A DNA stretch of 64,000 nt, taken from Craspedostauros australis (lineage: Eukaryota). Under the pieces are notes generated by a model. That model had not been told where the DNA came from. It saw only the letters and a program-made list of their open reading frames with translations, and did no database searches. The DNA lies in the NCBI GenBank assembly GCA_030167865.1, contig JALAGF010001637.1, forward strand, positions 1-64,000. The letters run 5' to 3'. Below, in pieces: positions 32,202 through 43,715 of this stretch; position 1 is the first letter of the stretch, and every line of letters starts with the position of its first letter. A program made the translations under genes and the position numbers.

Positions 32202-35200
32202 TTATTTGGCATTGTTGCTTTGAGACATTCGCCTTCGAGCATCAAGACGACGCCGATGCCGTGCCATGGATCTCGGGGACAGTCGACGGGAGGACCGCAC
32301 ATGCTCCGATTTGCTCTTCGGGGATGGAGGTCTGGCGACCTGAGTAGGCGCCTGCGCAGCCGGCTCTGCGCTCTTGGTTGAGACGAGGGTGGCCGCTGTG
32401 TCGTTGCTTCCAACCGAAATTGGGCTGGCGCGCATGCTGGCTTGCATTTCTTGTTGCTGCCTTTGAAGTCGCGCTCTCTGCCTCACCAGTGCTGACTTTG
32501 GGGTTGTCGAAGTTGACGCCGAAGTTGAATTCGATGCAGTTGTTGATGCAGTTGTTGCCGTGCTCGTGGACATCGCTGTCGACGCAGTCGACTTTGCACT
32601 TCTTCCGCCCAAGGTTGCCGCTGCTGCTGCCGCTGCAGCCGCAGCCAAAGAGGGTGGATTTTGAGGACTGGGCCTTACCTGGTTCTGCACGCGGCTCGCG
32701 ATCTGTCTCTGAAGCAATGCCTGATCGACCATGGCGGGCGGGCCCTGTGGCTTCGGCTGTAGTTTCGGTGGTGCTGCTTTGGCTGTTGCATGTCGAATAT
32801 CAGACACCACCTTGCTCATCGATGGCTGCATGCTGGATAGCCGCAGGGACGCCGTGGGTGGACGCTCTCGCCCAGCAGGCGGTCGGCCACGTGGCTGACT
32901 TGCGTGCTGTGGCTGCTGCGGTTGCTGCTGTTGTTGAAGTCGAGCATTCTTGCGCTCCTCACGTTCTTTCTTCTTTTCGTTACGCACAACAACCTCGAGC
33001 TCCTTCTGGAATTCACGAGAGAATTTGCCGATGATCTCGAAGATGTCGTGCGGCTGCGCATTTCGGTCGTTGTGGCCGAAGTACTCGAGGACGCTTTTGA
33101 ACTTGGCCGTTGTTGCTTCGATCTTCTGTCTCACAGCGTTCACCTTCGCCATGGCGGCCAACGTGAACAATCCCACCTGCGTCATCTTGAGCTCCTGGCA
33201 CTCCTCCTGACCACTCATCTTGACGGAACCCAGGCTGGCATCATCGTCATCGTCTCCGATCCTCGCGGCTGCACCACCTTGCTGAGAGGCCTTCTCTCGG
33301 GCCAGGTGCAGGGAGATGCGTCGGATGTTTTCGAACTGGCTCTCGACGTCATCGAGATCGTTGATGCATTGGTCCCAGTAGATCTTATCGGCTTTCAGTA
33401 CTGTCGGGATGTCTTGGGAGAACTCCAACAGCTCGGGGTCCTTCCTTCGGACAAGAAGCACGACGTACTGGAGGACCGTAGTCTTCTTGTCAAGCGCCTT
33501 GGCTTCATTTAATTTCGACAAGGAATCAAGAGTGAAGGCACCGGCCTTTTGCTTGCCCTCCGTGCCGGCCAAGTTCATACGGTTGCCGACCTGCAACACG
33601 ACACCCAACAAGCGTCGGAGTCTCGTCGACGTCTTGACTTCATCGCATGCCTGTTCGACCACGATCGTATCCTTGGAGATGAGCTCGACGAATTCCATCA
33701 TTTGCAACTTGAACAGAAGTGCTCGGACCTTGCGCCGGGCGTGCTTCACCGTCATCATCGACACCATGAATTTTTCACACTCGCACAGACTGTCGAACTT
33801 TTCAGCCGCATCGTAGTCCCCCTCGAGCATGTACTTCTCCAGAGCTCGTCGTTCTTCCTTCGTTGGCAGATACTCAATGATGTTTTCGATCTGCTCCGAC
33901 GATAACAAGGTATCATCGACCTTGTCGACAGCGTCGGCCATCTCGTCGTGGTTCATCTTCAGCCGCGCCAAAATGATACCCCCATTGTTGGCGCGCTTCG
34001 AATCGATGACGCGGACGCCAGCGCCACGCTTTTGGTTGGCACCAAGGTTCTTCGGAGAGATGACGGGTGTGAGGTCTGCCTTGAAGAGCTGATCGAACTC
34101 GTCTTGGTCGATATCGATTTCGGCCAACTTGGGGTCCTTGTGAATCGCTTCCCACATGGAGTTGGATTGGATCTTTTCAACAGATTGCCAATGCAACCGA
34201 GTTCGGCGGTGTGTTGGTTTCTTCTTCTTCTGCTGTTGCTTGGTCCTTGTCTCGGCAGTGGCTGCTGGCAAATTGTGATCCTGGTCCATCACATCTGGAT
34301 CCTTGCCCTCGCGCTTCATCAAATGCTTCACCTGGTCGATGGAGATACCGATTTTGAGCATCTTGAAGTACTTGGCATATTCCGGGTCTGCCTTCAGTGG
34401 TAACGGAAGCGGCTTATTGTGGTCTCTGTCCATGACGGAAGGATCCCATCCAGCTTTCTTAATCGCATGCTTGACCTGCTCCATAGGCAGACCGACTTTG
34501 AGCATCTTGAAGTACCTCGCGTACTTCGGGTCATCCTTGAGTGCAACACCTGGGCCAGAATATGGCGGGGAAGGTTCTGATGATGGGGTTTCCTCGGCCT
34601 GCGCCTCTTCCTGCGGTTCTTCGATCGTGCTGCTTGCGGCTTTGTCTGCAGACCTGAATTGGCTCAACGTGGCTGCTGCATCCTCTTCCTTCTTCTGTGT
34701 TGGCGGCATCATCGGACGCTTCCCGAGCTTGGCCCCCAAGAAGTTTGAGAGCATCGCTTGCACGTCACTGGGTTCATCCGCCGGTTCTTCGTTGGTTTCA
34801 GAAGGTTCTTGGCTGGTTTCCACGGTTGCCGGCGTTTCCTGGGAACGCACCGATCCGCCGTCGGCTGCTTCGGTCTTCTTCGCATCGACGAATTTCTGGA
34901 ATCTGTTTTCATTCGGCTTTGGATGCTTGATCTCCACCGTGGTGGGTGGAGCTTGGGGAGCCGCGGTCTTCGGCGAGGTTGCTTCCCGGAACGAGAAGTG
35001 TTGCGGTTGATCCTGCGCAGCTCTCTGCGATGTTCTCGCAGTCTCCTGAGATCTTGTGGATTGCGGCATGGCGCTGGCTTGAGAACGGACGGTCACATTC
35101 TGCAAGTTCATCTGTGCTTGTGAGTTGTGATCCACCTCCCTCTCTGTGTGCATGGGAGTATGTGGGGAAGATCTGTGCTGCACCATCGTTGCCTCGCTGG

Positions 35201-38200
35201 GACTTCGCAACGAGTTGGCTGGAGACGTGGCTGCCTTGACGGGCTTGAGGTTAGATCGGAAGTCGGCGACCTTGTTGGATGAAGTAATCGAAGAAGGCGT
35301 GCTGGCGTCGTTCTTTGGCGTCACAGCCTTCTGCTTGTTCGCCGCAATTCTTCGCTTGATCAGGGATGCAACATCACGCTTGGGAGGCGACTGCGTCTTC
35401 TGCTGCGATTCTTGTTTCTCCTTTTCTTCTCTCTCGCGTCGGAGTTCCAGCTCGCGTCGCTCACGGTACGTCATCTTTTTGGGTGGGGCTGTCTGGATGA
35501 CCGTGGCAGTCTCCAGCTCGTTGTCATCATCTTGCTCCATCTCGTCAGCAGTTGGGTGGTGCGGCGAATTATGCTGATGAAGCTGATTTTGCTCGGGCTG
35601 TTGCATGTACGCCTGCTCCAAGCTTTGCCTTCCTCCATGATAATCGCGGTCATCGAGATGCGAAGGCATTGGAGGTGGGCCTTGGTTGCTGTGGCTGTGG
35701 CTTGGGCTGGGCCCAGATGGCACCTGCGTTTTGCGCAACGTCACACCAGAAGCGAATTGCGGCGATGCTGGTGGGTGGCCAGGTATCTGCCGTGGACTGC
35801 TGGATGGAACCGAGGTCGAAGAAAATGTTTGGCTCTGTTGCTGCCGTGGACTGCTGAATTGAGAAACACGGCTTCCAACTCCGTTGCTCGTGTCGTGCGG
35901 GTGTCGCTGCATTGTTGCCATTGGCGATTTAACATCTTGCGAATCTTTGGACTGCGCCGGGCGAAGTCGTTCTCGAAAGCTAGCGAATGAGTTCCTTTGA
36001 CCAGTACACTCCGCCAACCGATCTTGCCTCGCGGCTGCTGCCACGTCGGGCTTGACCGTGCGCAGCGCACTGCGTGGCGAAGCTGCGTGCGAAACATTTT
36101 GACCGTACCCTGTTGGCTGGACCCTGGAAGCGCTGTAACTGTTCGCAGACTGCGTTTTCGTCGTCGTGGTCGTTGCTGTGGGCGAGGCCTTGGAAGGATA
36201 ATAATTCTGTTGCTGCATCAATGACTGCGTTTGGTAGGGAATGACAGCCGGCTTGTTTTTCCGCACAGGTGAAGGCGATGGACTCCTTGGGACATGGGCT
36301 GATGGTTGGGCCGTCGTTGCTTTGCTCTCCCATTTCCTCCACTTGGCCTTTAGATCAGTTGTTTCCGTGACACCTCCATCCTCCTTCTTCTCTTCCTGGC
36401 TCGATCTGCTGGAACGTCTGGACTCCTCATGTTCCTGATCGGTGAGGGTGCGCGAAAGTGGACTTGACAAGCTATGCAGCGACGCTCTCGGAGTGCCCAC
36501 ATCAGATTTGGAGCTTGCAATTTGCGAACGTACGGTGACTCTTTCATGATTTGCAGCAATTGCGGAGAAGTCAGCGAAGTCCGATTGCGCGCCGCCAATG
36601 CTGGAACCAACCTCGGATTGCTCGTTGTCGAATTCAGCACCATCCGATGGTCGTTCCACAGATCCAGATGCGATTTCGTTCGTCTCATGGAATCTGGCTT
36701 CAAACTGGTGCTCGTCTTGTGGTTGCTCCATGAATGATTGCGGTTGTTGTTGCTCCTGAAAGGCGAAATCATCCTGCGATCTCTTCGCACGCAGGTATCC
36801 GGCCGCCAGATCCTGGGCATTGCTCAACCTGCTTTGCGATGCTTGTGAGAATTCATCCGTGAACTCGCTCTGCAGCTGGCTGTGATCATCGCCATCGCTG
36901 TCGTTGTGGAATGGTTCTGGTGGCAGCCGAACATCCGCGTGAAACCGAACCGATCTGCCTCGTGTGCTGTTGTCATTGACGGTGGTGCTCTTCGTGCCCA
37001 CGTCTGATTTCGAGCTGGCAAACTTTTGAGTTGTGCTCGATTGCGGATGCGTGAAGGGTCGAAATGACGGTGCTGCGAAATCGGACTTGGTGCCGATATC
37101 CGAATTGGTGCCATGGTCCGAGGTCATGTCATTATCCTCAGGGCTGGAGCTGTCCGAGTTGTATCGCCACGGATCCTCCTTCCACGGGTTGATGGGATCA
37201 TCAAAGGCAGGTGGAGCAATGGTCTCGGCACGGTCCGGGGCAAACAGCTTGGTACCACGCCCAATGTCACCATCGTTAAAGGCCGCTTCCGAAGAGGAGG
37301 GAGTATTCCTGATCTTTCGCATACTTCCCATGGACCGTTGGCTCGAAGCCTTCTCCCACCGTGGTGGTGTGCGATGTCCCTTGGAGTACTGCGGCATGGT
37401 TGCCGGTGACGACGCCGGTATGGGTGCACCTTGGTTGTTGCGGCTGACATCGGAGGCGCTCCTCTGCCTGTATCCAGACTGCTGGCTGAAGAGCGAGTTG
37501 TTCTCGTCATGGTTCAGCGGCGTGCTTGGCAGTGTCTGCTTGGCAATTTTGAAGCCGTCAACGAAGCCATCCTGTTCTTCCGGCGGTGTGGGCGTGCCTT
37601 GCCGGCTGCTAGCGGGTGAATCCCATCCTTGGACGACAAACTCATCCGCGGGACTCTCGCTCCTTGGCCGCGGCGGGGTTGGCGAAGGCGCGGTGATGGA
37701 CTGCCTGTCGAAGAAGGTGGAGAATTCGGTCTCTTGGTTTGCGAGCGATTCCATGGCCTCATCGACCTCCCGTTCGATCTCGCCTTGGTCCAACCCGAAG
37801 GCGTCGAAGGTGAAACCAGCACCTGCTGCATTGGAGTCAAACAAATTGGCACCGTTGCTGTTGCTTGACGATTGCGAGAATGTGGAAGCTCCGGAGGACA
37901 TTTTGGATCTGGATAGCGTTGGTGACGTCGCCATGAATTGGTTGAGGGAGGGTCCTTTCCTGCTGGCCTGGGATGGAGTCGATGTCGGCACCGGTGGCGG
38001 TGCACCTGCATAACGCCTCCCTGGCGAATCCGGCGGCGGCGCACCAGCCATCGGCGATGCGTTGGTGAAGGATGAAGTGTGCGAGTTATCTGAGCAAACG
38101 CTGGAGCTGCCGCTGAAGGTGGAGGATGTGTGGCGCATGTTGGCTCTCATTCGTCTGCGCGCCGCGGCTCCTCCTGCAGCTGTGGCGCTGGAAGAGGAGG

Positions 38201-39341
38201 GTTGTGATGGTGGTGGTGCGCTGCTCTGCGAATGGTCGGAGGATGATATCGTCTGCCTGACGAAGCTGGCTTGCATGGTCGAGTTGGAAGGCAATGTGGG
38301 CATGCTGATGACAGATCTTTCGGCACCCGCAGAAGCCCCTGGCCAGCCGGTTGCCGACATGGACTCTATGGTCGTCTGCGCGTATGAAGCTGATGGCTTG
38401 ACGGATGGGAAGCTGGAGGGTGATTTCCTCTGCTGCCTCTCCACAAACTTGTCCAGCCTGTGCGATTTCTGCTTCGGCCTTCGTCCATTGGCTGACACGA
38501 CGAAAGGATCATCCTTGAAGGCTCGTTCCGACATGACATCCGAGTTGTACGACTGCTTGCCTCCGGACGCAGGTCTGGTCGACTGGCCGCGCGAAGCAAT
38601 CCCCCTTGTGGATGCGGATGAAGGCGCTGATGTGGTGCCCCATCCCAACCCCAACGCAGCATTGGTACTGCCGCCACTCCTCTGCGCGTTGGTCCGCTGT
38701 TGGTCGTAGCCGTTGCTGCTCGTGGTGTGTCCAAAGCTCTGTCCAATATCACTGCCGAAATCCTGGCTATCCATCGCACCCAGCATGGAACTGCTGATGG
38801 CTCGTTGCGTCGTTGCTGCAGCCATGCTGCTGTTGTTGCTGTTGTTGTTGAAGGGATCGAAGTCGCTTGGGCCATGGAGATGCGTCGTGGCGATGGACCT
38901 GCTCGTCGCAGAAGTGGGAGTCTGAACAGAGTACTCATCGGTGGACACTGCTCTGGCGATCTCCCTGGTGTGCTCCCTCGCTTTCGACCTGGTGATGCTG
39001 TCTCTCTTCTCGCTCCCCCCGTACTTCATGAAGGAGAAATTCCTGCGCCGGGAGCTGGTTGTGCTCACATCATCATCTGCCTGAGGCGTCGTCGATCGTC
39101 TGCTGCTGCTGCTACTGCTCTTGGTGTAGCTGCTCGCGTAGTTGCTATTGCTATTGCTGCTGCTACTGCTGCCGGTGTATGAACTGCTGTTGTATGTACT
39201 GCTGTTGTAGGAGCTGCTGTGGCCATTGCTGCTGGTGTTCCCTCGGTTCTTCCCCCTTCGATTCTGAGACGAGGACCTCGATCTTGATGAGCGTCCCTCG
39301 CGTCTGCTGTTGGGGGACGAGAACAGAGATCGCAAGGCCAT
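32202..39341 (-). CDS. Formin (FH2 domain) with a very long disordered N-terminus, 2379 aa
   Basis: FH2 motifs RTRLHW...SMW, EFDQLF, VIDSKRANNGGIILARLK, LPTKEE, LGVVLQVGNRMN, AFTLDSLSKL, KTTVLQYVV, YFG...DIFEII..F. Two DPKY.KYFKMLK.G repeats precede the FH2. Confidence 0.93.
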   Translation of the reverse strand: MALRSLFSSPNSRREGRSSRSRSSSQNRRGKNRGNTSSNGHSSSYNSSTYNSSSYTGSSSSSNSNSNYASSYTKSSSSSSRRSTTPQADDDVSTTSSRRRNFSFMKYGGSEKRDSITRSKAREHTREIARAVSTDEYSVQTPTSATSRSIATTHLHGPSDFDPFNNNSNNSSMAAATTQRAISSSMLGAMDSQDFGSDIGQSFGHTTSSNGYDQQRTNAQRSGGSTNAALGLGWGTTSAPSSASTRGIASRGQSTRPASGGKQSYNSDVMSERAFKDDPFVVSANGRRPKQKSHRLDKFVERQQRKSPSSFPSVKPSASYAQTTIESMSATGWPGASAGAERSVISMPTLPSNSTMQASFVRQTISSSDHSQSSAPPPSQPSSSSATAAGGAAARRRMRANMRHTSSTFSGSSSVCSDNSHTSSFTNASPMAGAPPPDSPGRRYAGAPPPVPTSTPSQASRKGPSLNQFMATSPTLSRSKMSSGASTFSQSSSNSNGANLFDSNAAGAGFTFDAFGLDQGEIEREVDEAMESLANQETEFSTFFDRQSITAPSPTPPRPRSESPADEFVVQGWDSPASSRQGTPTPPEEQDGFVDGFKIAKQTLPSTPLNHDENNSLFSQQSGYRQRSASDVSRNNQGAPIPASSPATMPQYSKGHRTPPRWEKASSQRSMGSMRKIRNTPSSSEAAFNDGDIGRGTKLFAPDRAETIAPPAFDDPINPWKEDPWRYNSDSSSPEDNDMTSDHGTNSDIGTKSDFAAPSFRPFTHPQSSTTQKFASSKSDVGTKSTTVNDNSTRGRSVRFHADVRLPPEPFHNDSDGDDHSQLQSEFTDEFSQASQSRLSNAQDLAAGYLRAKRSQDDFAFQEQQQPQSFMEQPQDEHQFEARFHETNEIASGSVERPSDGAEFDNEQSEVGSSIGGAQSDFADFSAIAANHERVTVRSQIASSKSDVGTPRASLHSLSSPLSRTLTDQEHEESRRSSRSSQEEKKEDGGVTETTDLKAKWRKWESKATTAQPSAHVPRSPSPSPVRKNKPAVIPYQTQSLMQQQNYYPSKASPTATTTTTKTQSANSYSASRVQPTGYGQNVSHAASPRSALRTVKPDVAAAARQDRLAECTGQRNSFASFRERLRPAQSKDSQDVKSPMATMQRHPHDTSNGVGSRVSQFSSPRQQQSQTFSSTSVPSSSPRQIPGHPPASPQFASGVTLRKTQVPSGPSPSHSHSNQGPPPMPSHLDDRDYHGGRQSLEQAYMQQPEQNQLHQHNSPHHPTADEMEQDDDNELETATVIQTAPPKKMTYRERRELELRREREEKEKQESQQKTQSPPKRDVASLIKRRIAANKQKAVTPKNDASTPSSITSSNKVADFRSNLKPVKAATSPANSLRSPSEATMVQHRSSPHTPMHTEREVDHNSQAQMNLQNVTVRSQASAMPQSTRSQETARTSQRAAQDQPQHFSFREATSPKTAAPQAPPTTVEIKHPKPNENRFQKFVDAKKTEAADGGSVRSQETPATVETSQEPSETNEEPADEPSDVQAMLSNFLGAKLGKRPMMPPTQKKEEDAAATLSQFRSADKAASSTIEEPQEEAQAEETPSSEPSPPYSGPGVALKDDPKYARYFKMLKVGLPMEQVKHAIKKAGWDPSVMDRDHNKPLPLPLKADPEYAKYFKMLKIGISIDQVKHLMKREGKDPDVMDQDHNLPAATAETRTKQQQKKKKPTHRRTRLHWQSVEKIQSNSMWEAIHKDPKLAEIDIDQDEFDQLFKADLTPVISPKNLGANQKRGAGVRVIDSKRANNGGIILARLKMNHDEMADAVDKVDDTLLSSEQIENIIEYLPTKEERRALEKYMLEGDYDAAEKFDSLCECEKFMVSMMTVKHARRKVRALLFKLQMMEFVELISKDTIVVEQACDEVKTSTRLRRLLGVVLQVGNRMNLAGTEGKQKAGAFTLDSLSKLNEAKALDKKTTVLQYVVLLVRRKDPELLEFSQDIPTVLKADKIYWDQCINDLDDVESQFENIRRISLHLAREKASQQGGAAARIGDDDDDASLGSVKMSGQEECQELKMTQVGLFTLAAMAKVNAVRQKIEATTAKFKSVLEYFGHNDRNAQPHDIFEIIGKFSREFQKELEVVVRNEKKKEREERKNARLQQQQQPQQPQHASQPRGRPPAGRERPPTASLRLSSMQPSMSKVVSDIRHATAKAAPPKLQPKPQGPPAMVDQALLQRQIASRVQNQVRPSPQNPPSLAAAAAAAAAATLGGRSAKSTASTAMSTSTATTASTTASNSTSASTSTTPKSALVRQRARLQRQQQEMQASMRASPISVGSNDTAATLVSTKSAEPAAQAPTQVARPPSPKSKSEHVRSSRRLSPRSMARHRRRLDARRRMSQSNNAK

Positions 39342-41436
39342 GGTTGCTGCTGCTGCTGATGCTGCTTCTGTGGATCAGCGTGAATCCAAACAATGGTGCT
39401 TGCAATTGCGCGCAAGCGACCAGCAACAGAATCGCAGCCACCGCTGAGCCCTCCACTCAATGCGATGCCGAAATCGATGCTTGGTGACACTGAGTTGTCA
39501 ATCGGAGATCGATTGGTACTCGTATCGTTCTGCGCTTGCTGACTTGCGCCCTTCTTCGTTGTCTGTTATCTGTTGTCTGTTGCCTGTTGTTGTCTGTTGT
39601 CTGTTGTCTGTTGCCCTGTCGTGTGGACGCAAGTCTCCGGAGCGTTGTTGGGTGTCTCTGATGGAGACTCCGGGTGTGCACCTTGATTCTCTGCGACTAC
39701 TCTCTGCTGTCCTTGTCTTTGTTGCTTGACACTCTGCAATGCACTGCCCTTGACATTGACGTTGACGTTGACGTTGGTCTCTTGACCATCACCTCCGTCT
39801 CCGTCTCTCTTCACCTGCTGGGCCCTTTGCTTCCTTTGCTTGGTTTGCTCCGTTGTTGTCTTGTCTTGCTTCTTGCTTCTTGCGTCTCGTGTGTTGTTCT
39901 TGCTCTGTCTTCTTGTTCCTCCGCACGCGCATTCGTGCTCAGCATTCGTGCCGTACAAATACTCCATCCGCATCTTCGTTCGCGCGTTCGACTCACTCAT
40001 TGCGTAGTCCGCGTATCCACACGATGTCGTGACACGCCACAAACTACGAGTGTTCCGCCACTGTGCTTGCAAACACTCGTTGCGTTGCGCGCTGTTTTTC
40101 GTCGTTGGATGTTTCGCGCATCCACGTGCCCTTTCTTCGGTCCGAAAGAACTCCGAATAACGGCTCCCACAGCAAAGTTGGCATGCGACGTTGGCACAAC
40201 GGATTTCTTGCATGTCGCACACGTCGCCATCAACGGAGAGGTACAAAGCGTTCGGCGCATCATACTACCGTTGTGAACCAGTTCTTGGTCGTGCCATGGG
40301 AGTCGTTGCTTTTTCGGGAACTCGATGTTTAACCGTCGTCATATCGTCACATACCAACTCATCCGCTAAATGGTTCGCACATCATTTCAAATTCGTAATC
40401 TCCAACAGCAAAATATTTCTCTGCCATCAAGCACGATGCCAACCACATGATGCAACTCCCAAGCGCATCATACCCTGTTCTGCAGACGCAATCAGACACA
40501 CACATCGCATCATGTGAACCTTTATCAATCCTTGCACTCTGCGATTTTGTGGCACGGATCAACACATCCTATTACGAGTCTGTCACGGCAACGACCCCAA
40601 TCTAGTCGTACCTTAAACTCCATCCTATGTGGACCTCTCATGAGTGCCGAGGGGAACAATCCTGTAGAGTAGAGTATGTCCTATTCTATGATCTGCTCTG
40701 CTCGACCGTTCTCTGCTCTGGCTGAATGTGAGAGACTCTTTCGGCGCACTCGCAATCGTATTGCATCCAAAAGCTTCCCACCACACACAGCTTCTGTTCA
40801 TTGTCACATGACTTGTCATGCTTGTGTGTACCAGAATGGCATGTCGGTTCTGGCCAGAGTACTTCCTTCTCCTGAAGCACACGCATGTGAATGGGGCTAT
40901 CCATGTGGTGGATGGAAAGTTGTACACACGAAGTAGAGCGAAGAAGCATCACCCAACCACCCAACCAACCACCCAACTAGCTACGATCGTCCTTGGCATC
41001 CACAATTCCAATCGCAAACCAATGGGATGGCCAACTATTCCTATTTTCCGTACCGAAGCGCGCCAAAAACATTGAGTCACGATCATGACTGCCAACGATG
41101 CCAGGATCGTATCTTTGTTGATTTTGGGGGCGCCAAGGTCGAATCAGAAATTGCGAAGGCAACATGAGGCTGTTTCTATGTGTGTCCGCAACACTCTGCC
41201 AAACTCAAACCCGCAAACACATCCAGATGGGCAGACAACGCAGAGTATGATAGGTGCATCATTCATGGTCCCACTCACGTTTTGCTTCTCAGTACCATGA
41301 GTCCTCTCTCGTTGGTGGCAGGATGAGTCATCAGATGGAATGAACAAGCAACTTCTCTCCGCTCTTCGCTCTCCACTTGTCACTTGTCACAAAAACGAAA
41401 GCCCATCAATTTTCGAGATCCAACTGCCCCATCGTG

Positions 41437-43440
41437 ATGGTCCAGCTACCACCACCCACAAATCCCACGCCTCTCAAGCCGACTCCTGCAGTGATTGACG
41501 CTACGATCCCCCTGTCGGATGATGACTCCAGCGAGGTGCTGCTCACGGTGGATGACAATGCCAACGCGGACAGCGGAGCCTTCGCCGCTTGGCTCAAAGG
41601 GCTCGTCTTCCCAGAATCAGGCACTGCGCAGGTTGGTCGGCATGCATCGCTTGGGAAGGACGGCGACAAGGATAATGGCGACGATAGTGCCAACGGCGAT
41701 GTCGTGATTGTTGCAAAAGAGATGCAAACCACCGCCATAGAAGATAGTCTCATACCATGGCAGCAACAGCGGCAGGCGCAGTCGCAGTCTGTGGAGTTTC
41801 GACAGGACACGTCTGCTGCCTGCACCACCATGTGCAAGTTCTTTCCTGCACCTAACCCATTCAACTACATTGGCGATGACAAGGCATCCATGTTTGCCAA
41901 CCTTGGAGTGGATCCAGCGAAGGCGAAGCGCCAAAACTCAGATCGCCAACCACACCGCATCACCGGATCGACGAATGCTGCAGATGTGATCAACCGACAG
42001 CTCCAGCAGCTCTCCATCTCGGAGCAGGATCAGGTATTCCAGGACATTCACGGCACAGGCAGGATTGCGGAAGAAACCGACAGCTTCATGATCGCCAAGC
42101 TCGACGACCTCGATCTCGGGCTGTCCCTCATTCCATCCAAGCCCGCCTACGACGAAGCCCAGATACAGAGTCCGGGCTTCCCCTCCGACATGAGGCTGCG
42201 AAAGCAGTTCCTGCGTGCCGATCATTACAACCCGCAGAGAGCAGCTAATCGCCTCGTGCGCTGGTTTGATATCAAGAAAGAACTGTTCGGTGCGAGCTCC
42301 CTCGGCCGTCATCTCACCATCGACGATCTTTGTCCGGATGCTTTGCAGGCCCTTCGCTGCGGTCACATCCAGATCCTCCCAGCTCGCGACAACGCAGGTC
42401 GCGCCGTGATGTCCAAAATCAACATGCACAAGATCCTGCATCTGCCAGCCAAGGCCCTGTTGCAAATGATGTTCTACATCATAATGCGCATTGCCGAGGA
42501 TGAAGACACGCAAAAGTCGGGCATCGTCCTCATCTACGAGGCAAGAGGCTGGAGGATGGACCTCAGCGCCAACGAACGTGAGTTTCTTTGGAAGGCATCA
42601 TTGATGACGCTCACACTGCCAATCAAGATCCAGTGTGTGCACTTCGTCTCCGACAGAGATTGGGCCGTCCAGCGATTCGCCAACCTCCTGCAGCTCGGGC
42701 TGACAAGGTCGGTCCGCTTCCGCTTCCGCGCTCATTTTGGCACCCACTGCGAGTGCAAGTACGCGTTGATGGGGTACGGCATTCCCATTTCGTCGCTTCC
42801 ATTGCAAGATGATGGCAAAACGCTGGACACGCAGCACCACAACCTTTGGTTGGATCGGCAGTTTCAGATCGAGGCTGCCTACGCCAATAGCCCAACGCCA
42901 ATTGCGCCATCGCCGGCTCGACCGAGCAAGCCATCTGGTATCGCCGTTCCCAAAGACGAACAGTGCACCAAGAACGACGACGATGGCAAGCCAGCCAAGG
43001 ACCCAAGCGATGGATCAACGCATTCATCTCCGACAGGTTTGGGTGGAATGCCCCAAACGGTGGATCTGCCTGGAAGATACGATGTACTTCTGGGCAGAGG
43101 ACGGCCTTTTCAGGAGCATCCCGGTAACAGGCACCTGCGGGACCTCATCGCGGAATGCCTTGACCATTACAACGCGGCGAGGAAGAGCGATAAAACCGCC
43201 ATCGCCGAGCAAATCGCCAACTCGATTCACGAGAAGGGTGGGAAGTTCCTGAAAAAGGATCCGGATGGACCTTGGGTTCAGGTCTCCTTCATGGAGACGA
43301 GGGAAAAGATCGCACACGCCTTCCGCAAGAAGCGTGAGCTAGACAAGGCCAAGCTCAAGCAATCGGATGCGGCAGCATCAGCTGGAACGGGCAAGAAGAG
43401 AAAGGCTTCCACTCGATCGACTTCCAAGGCAAAGAAATGA
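41437..43440 (+). CDS. Diatom-type protein with a CRAL-TRIO-like region and a C-terminal DUF6824-like domain
   Basis: FLRADHYNPQRAANRLVRWFDIKKELFG, RDNAGRAV, EDTQKSGIV, LPIKIQCVHF, RFRAHFG...LMGYGIP; C-terminal DVLLGRG...HPGN...KGGKFLK...W...REKIAHAFR. Confidence 0.85.
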   Translation: MVQLPPPTNPTPLKPTPAVIDATIPLSDDDSSEVLLTVDDNANADSGAFAAWLKGLVFPESGTAQVGRHASLGKDGDKDNGDDSANGDVVIVAKEMQTTAIEDSLIPWQQQRQAQSQSVEFRQDTSAACTTMCKFFPAPNPFNYIGDDKASMFANLGVDPAKAKRQNSDRQPHRITGSTNAADVINRQLQQLSISEQDQVFQDIHGTGRIAEETDSFMIAKLDDLDLGLSLIPSKPAYDEAQIQSPGFPSDMRLRKQFLRADHYNPQRAANRLVRWFDIKKELFGASSLGRHLTIDDLCPDALQALRCGHIQILPARDNAGRAVMSKINMHKILHLPAKALLQMMFYIIMRIAEDEDTQKSGIVLIYEARGWRMDLSANEREFLWKASLMTLTLPIKIQCVHFVSDRDWAVQRFANLLQLGLTRSVRFRFRAHFGTHCECKYALMGYGIPISSLPLQDDGKTLDTQHHNLWLDRQFQIEAAYANSPTPIAPSPARPSKPSGIAVPKDEQCTKNDDDGKPAKDPSDGSTHSSPTGLGGMPQTVDLPGRYDVLLGRGRPFQEHPGNRHLRDLIAECLDHYNAARKSDKTAIAEQIANSIHEKGGKFLKKDPDGPWVQVSFMETREKIAHAFRKKRELDKAKLKQSDAAASAGTGKKRKASTRSTSKAKK

Positions 43441-43715
43441 AATGAAATTGAACCGAATGGGCTGAACTGAAATGGATGCATGGGAAAGGAAGGGATCCAT
43501 GGCATGACATTGCGTCATCATCGCTTTGGTTTAGACTGGGAAAGCGCCACCAGTGCGACAGACAAAGATGGAGAAACACATAAGATGACGAACAGCGATG
43601 AAGTTCTCAGCTTCGCCGCAACAACTGTCACGAATAGTGCAACTCAACATTCCAGATGCTTACTTGCTATACGAGCTTGATAGAATTACTTCAAGAATGT
43701 CAACTGCAAAGGATT

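Noticed and set aside
39342-41436. ORFs of 100-226 aa in intergenic regions (also 10700-12400, 13750-15000, 49800-51500)
   Set aside because: Low-complexity, microsatellite-driven translations with no motifs or coding-like codon pattern.
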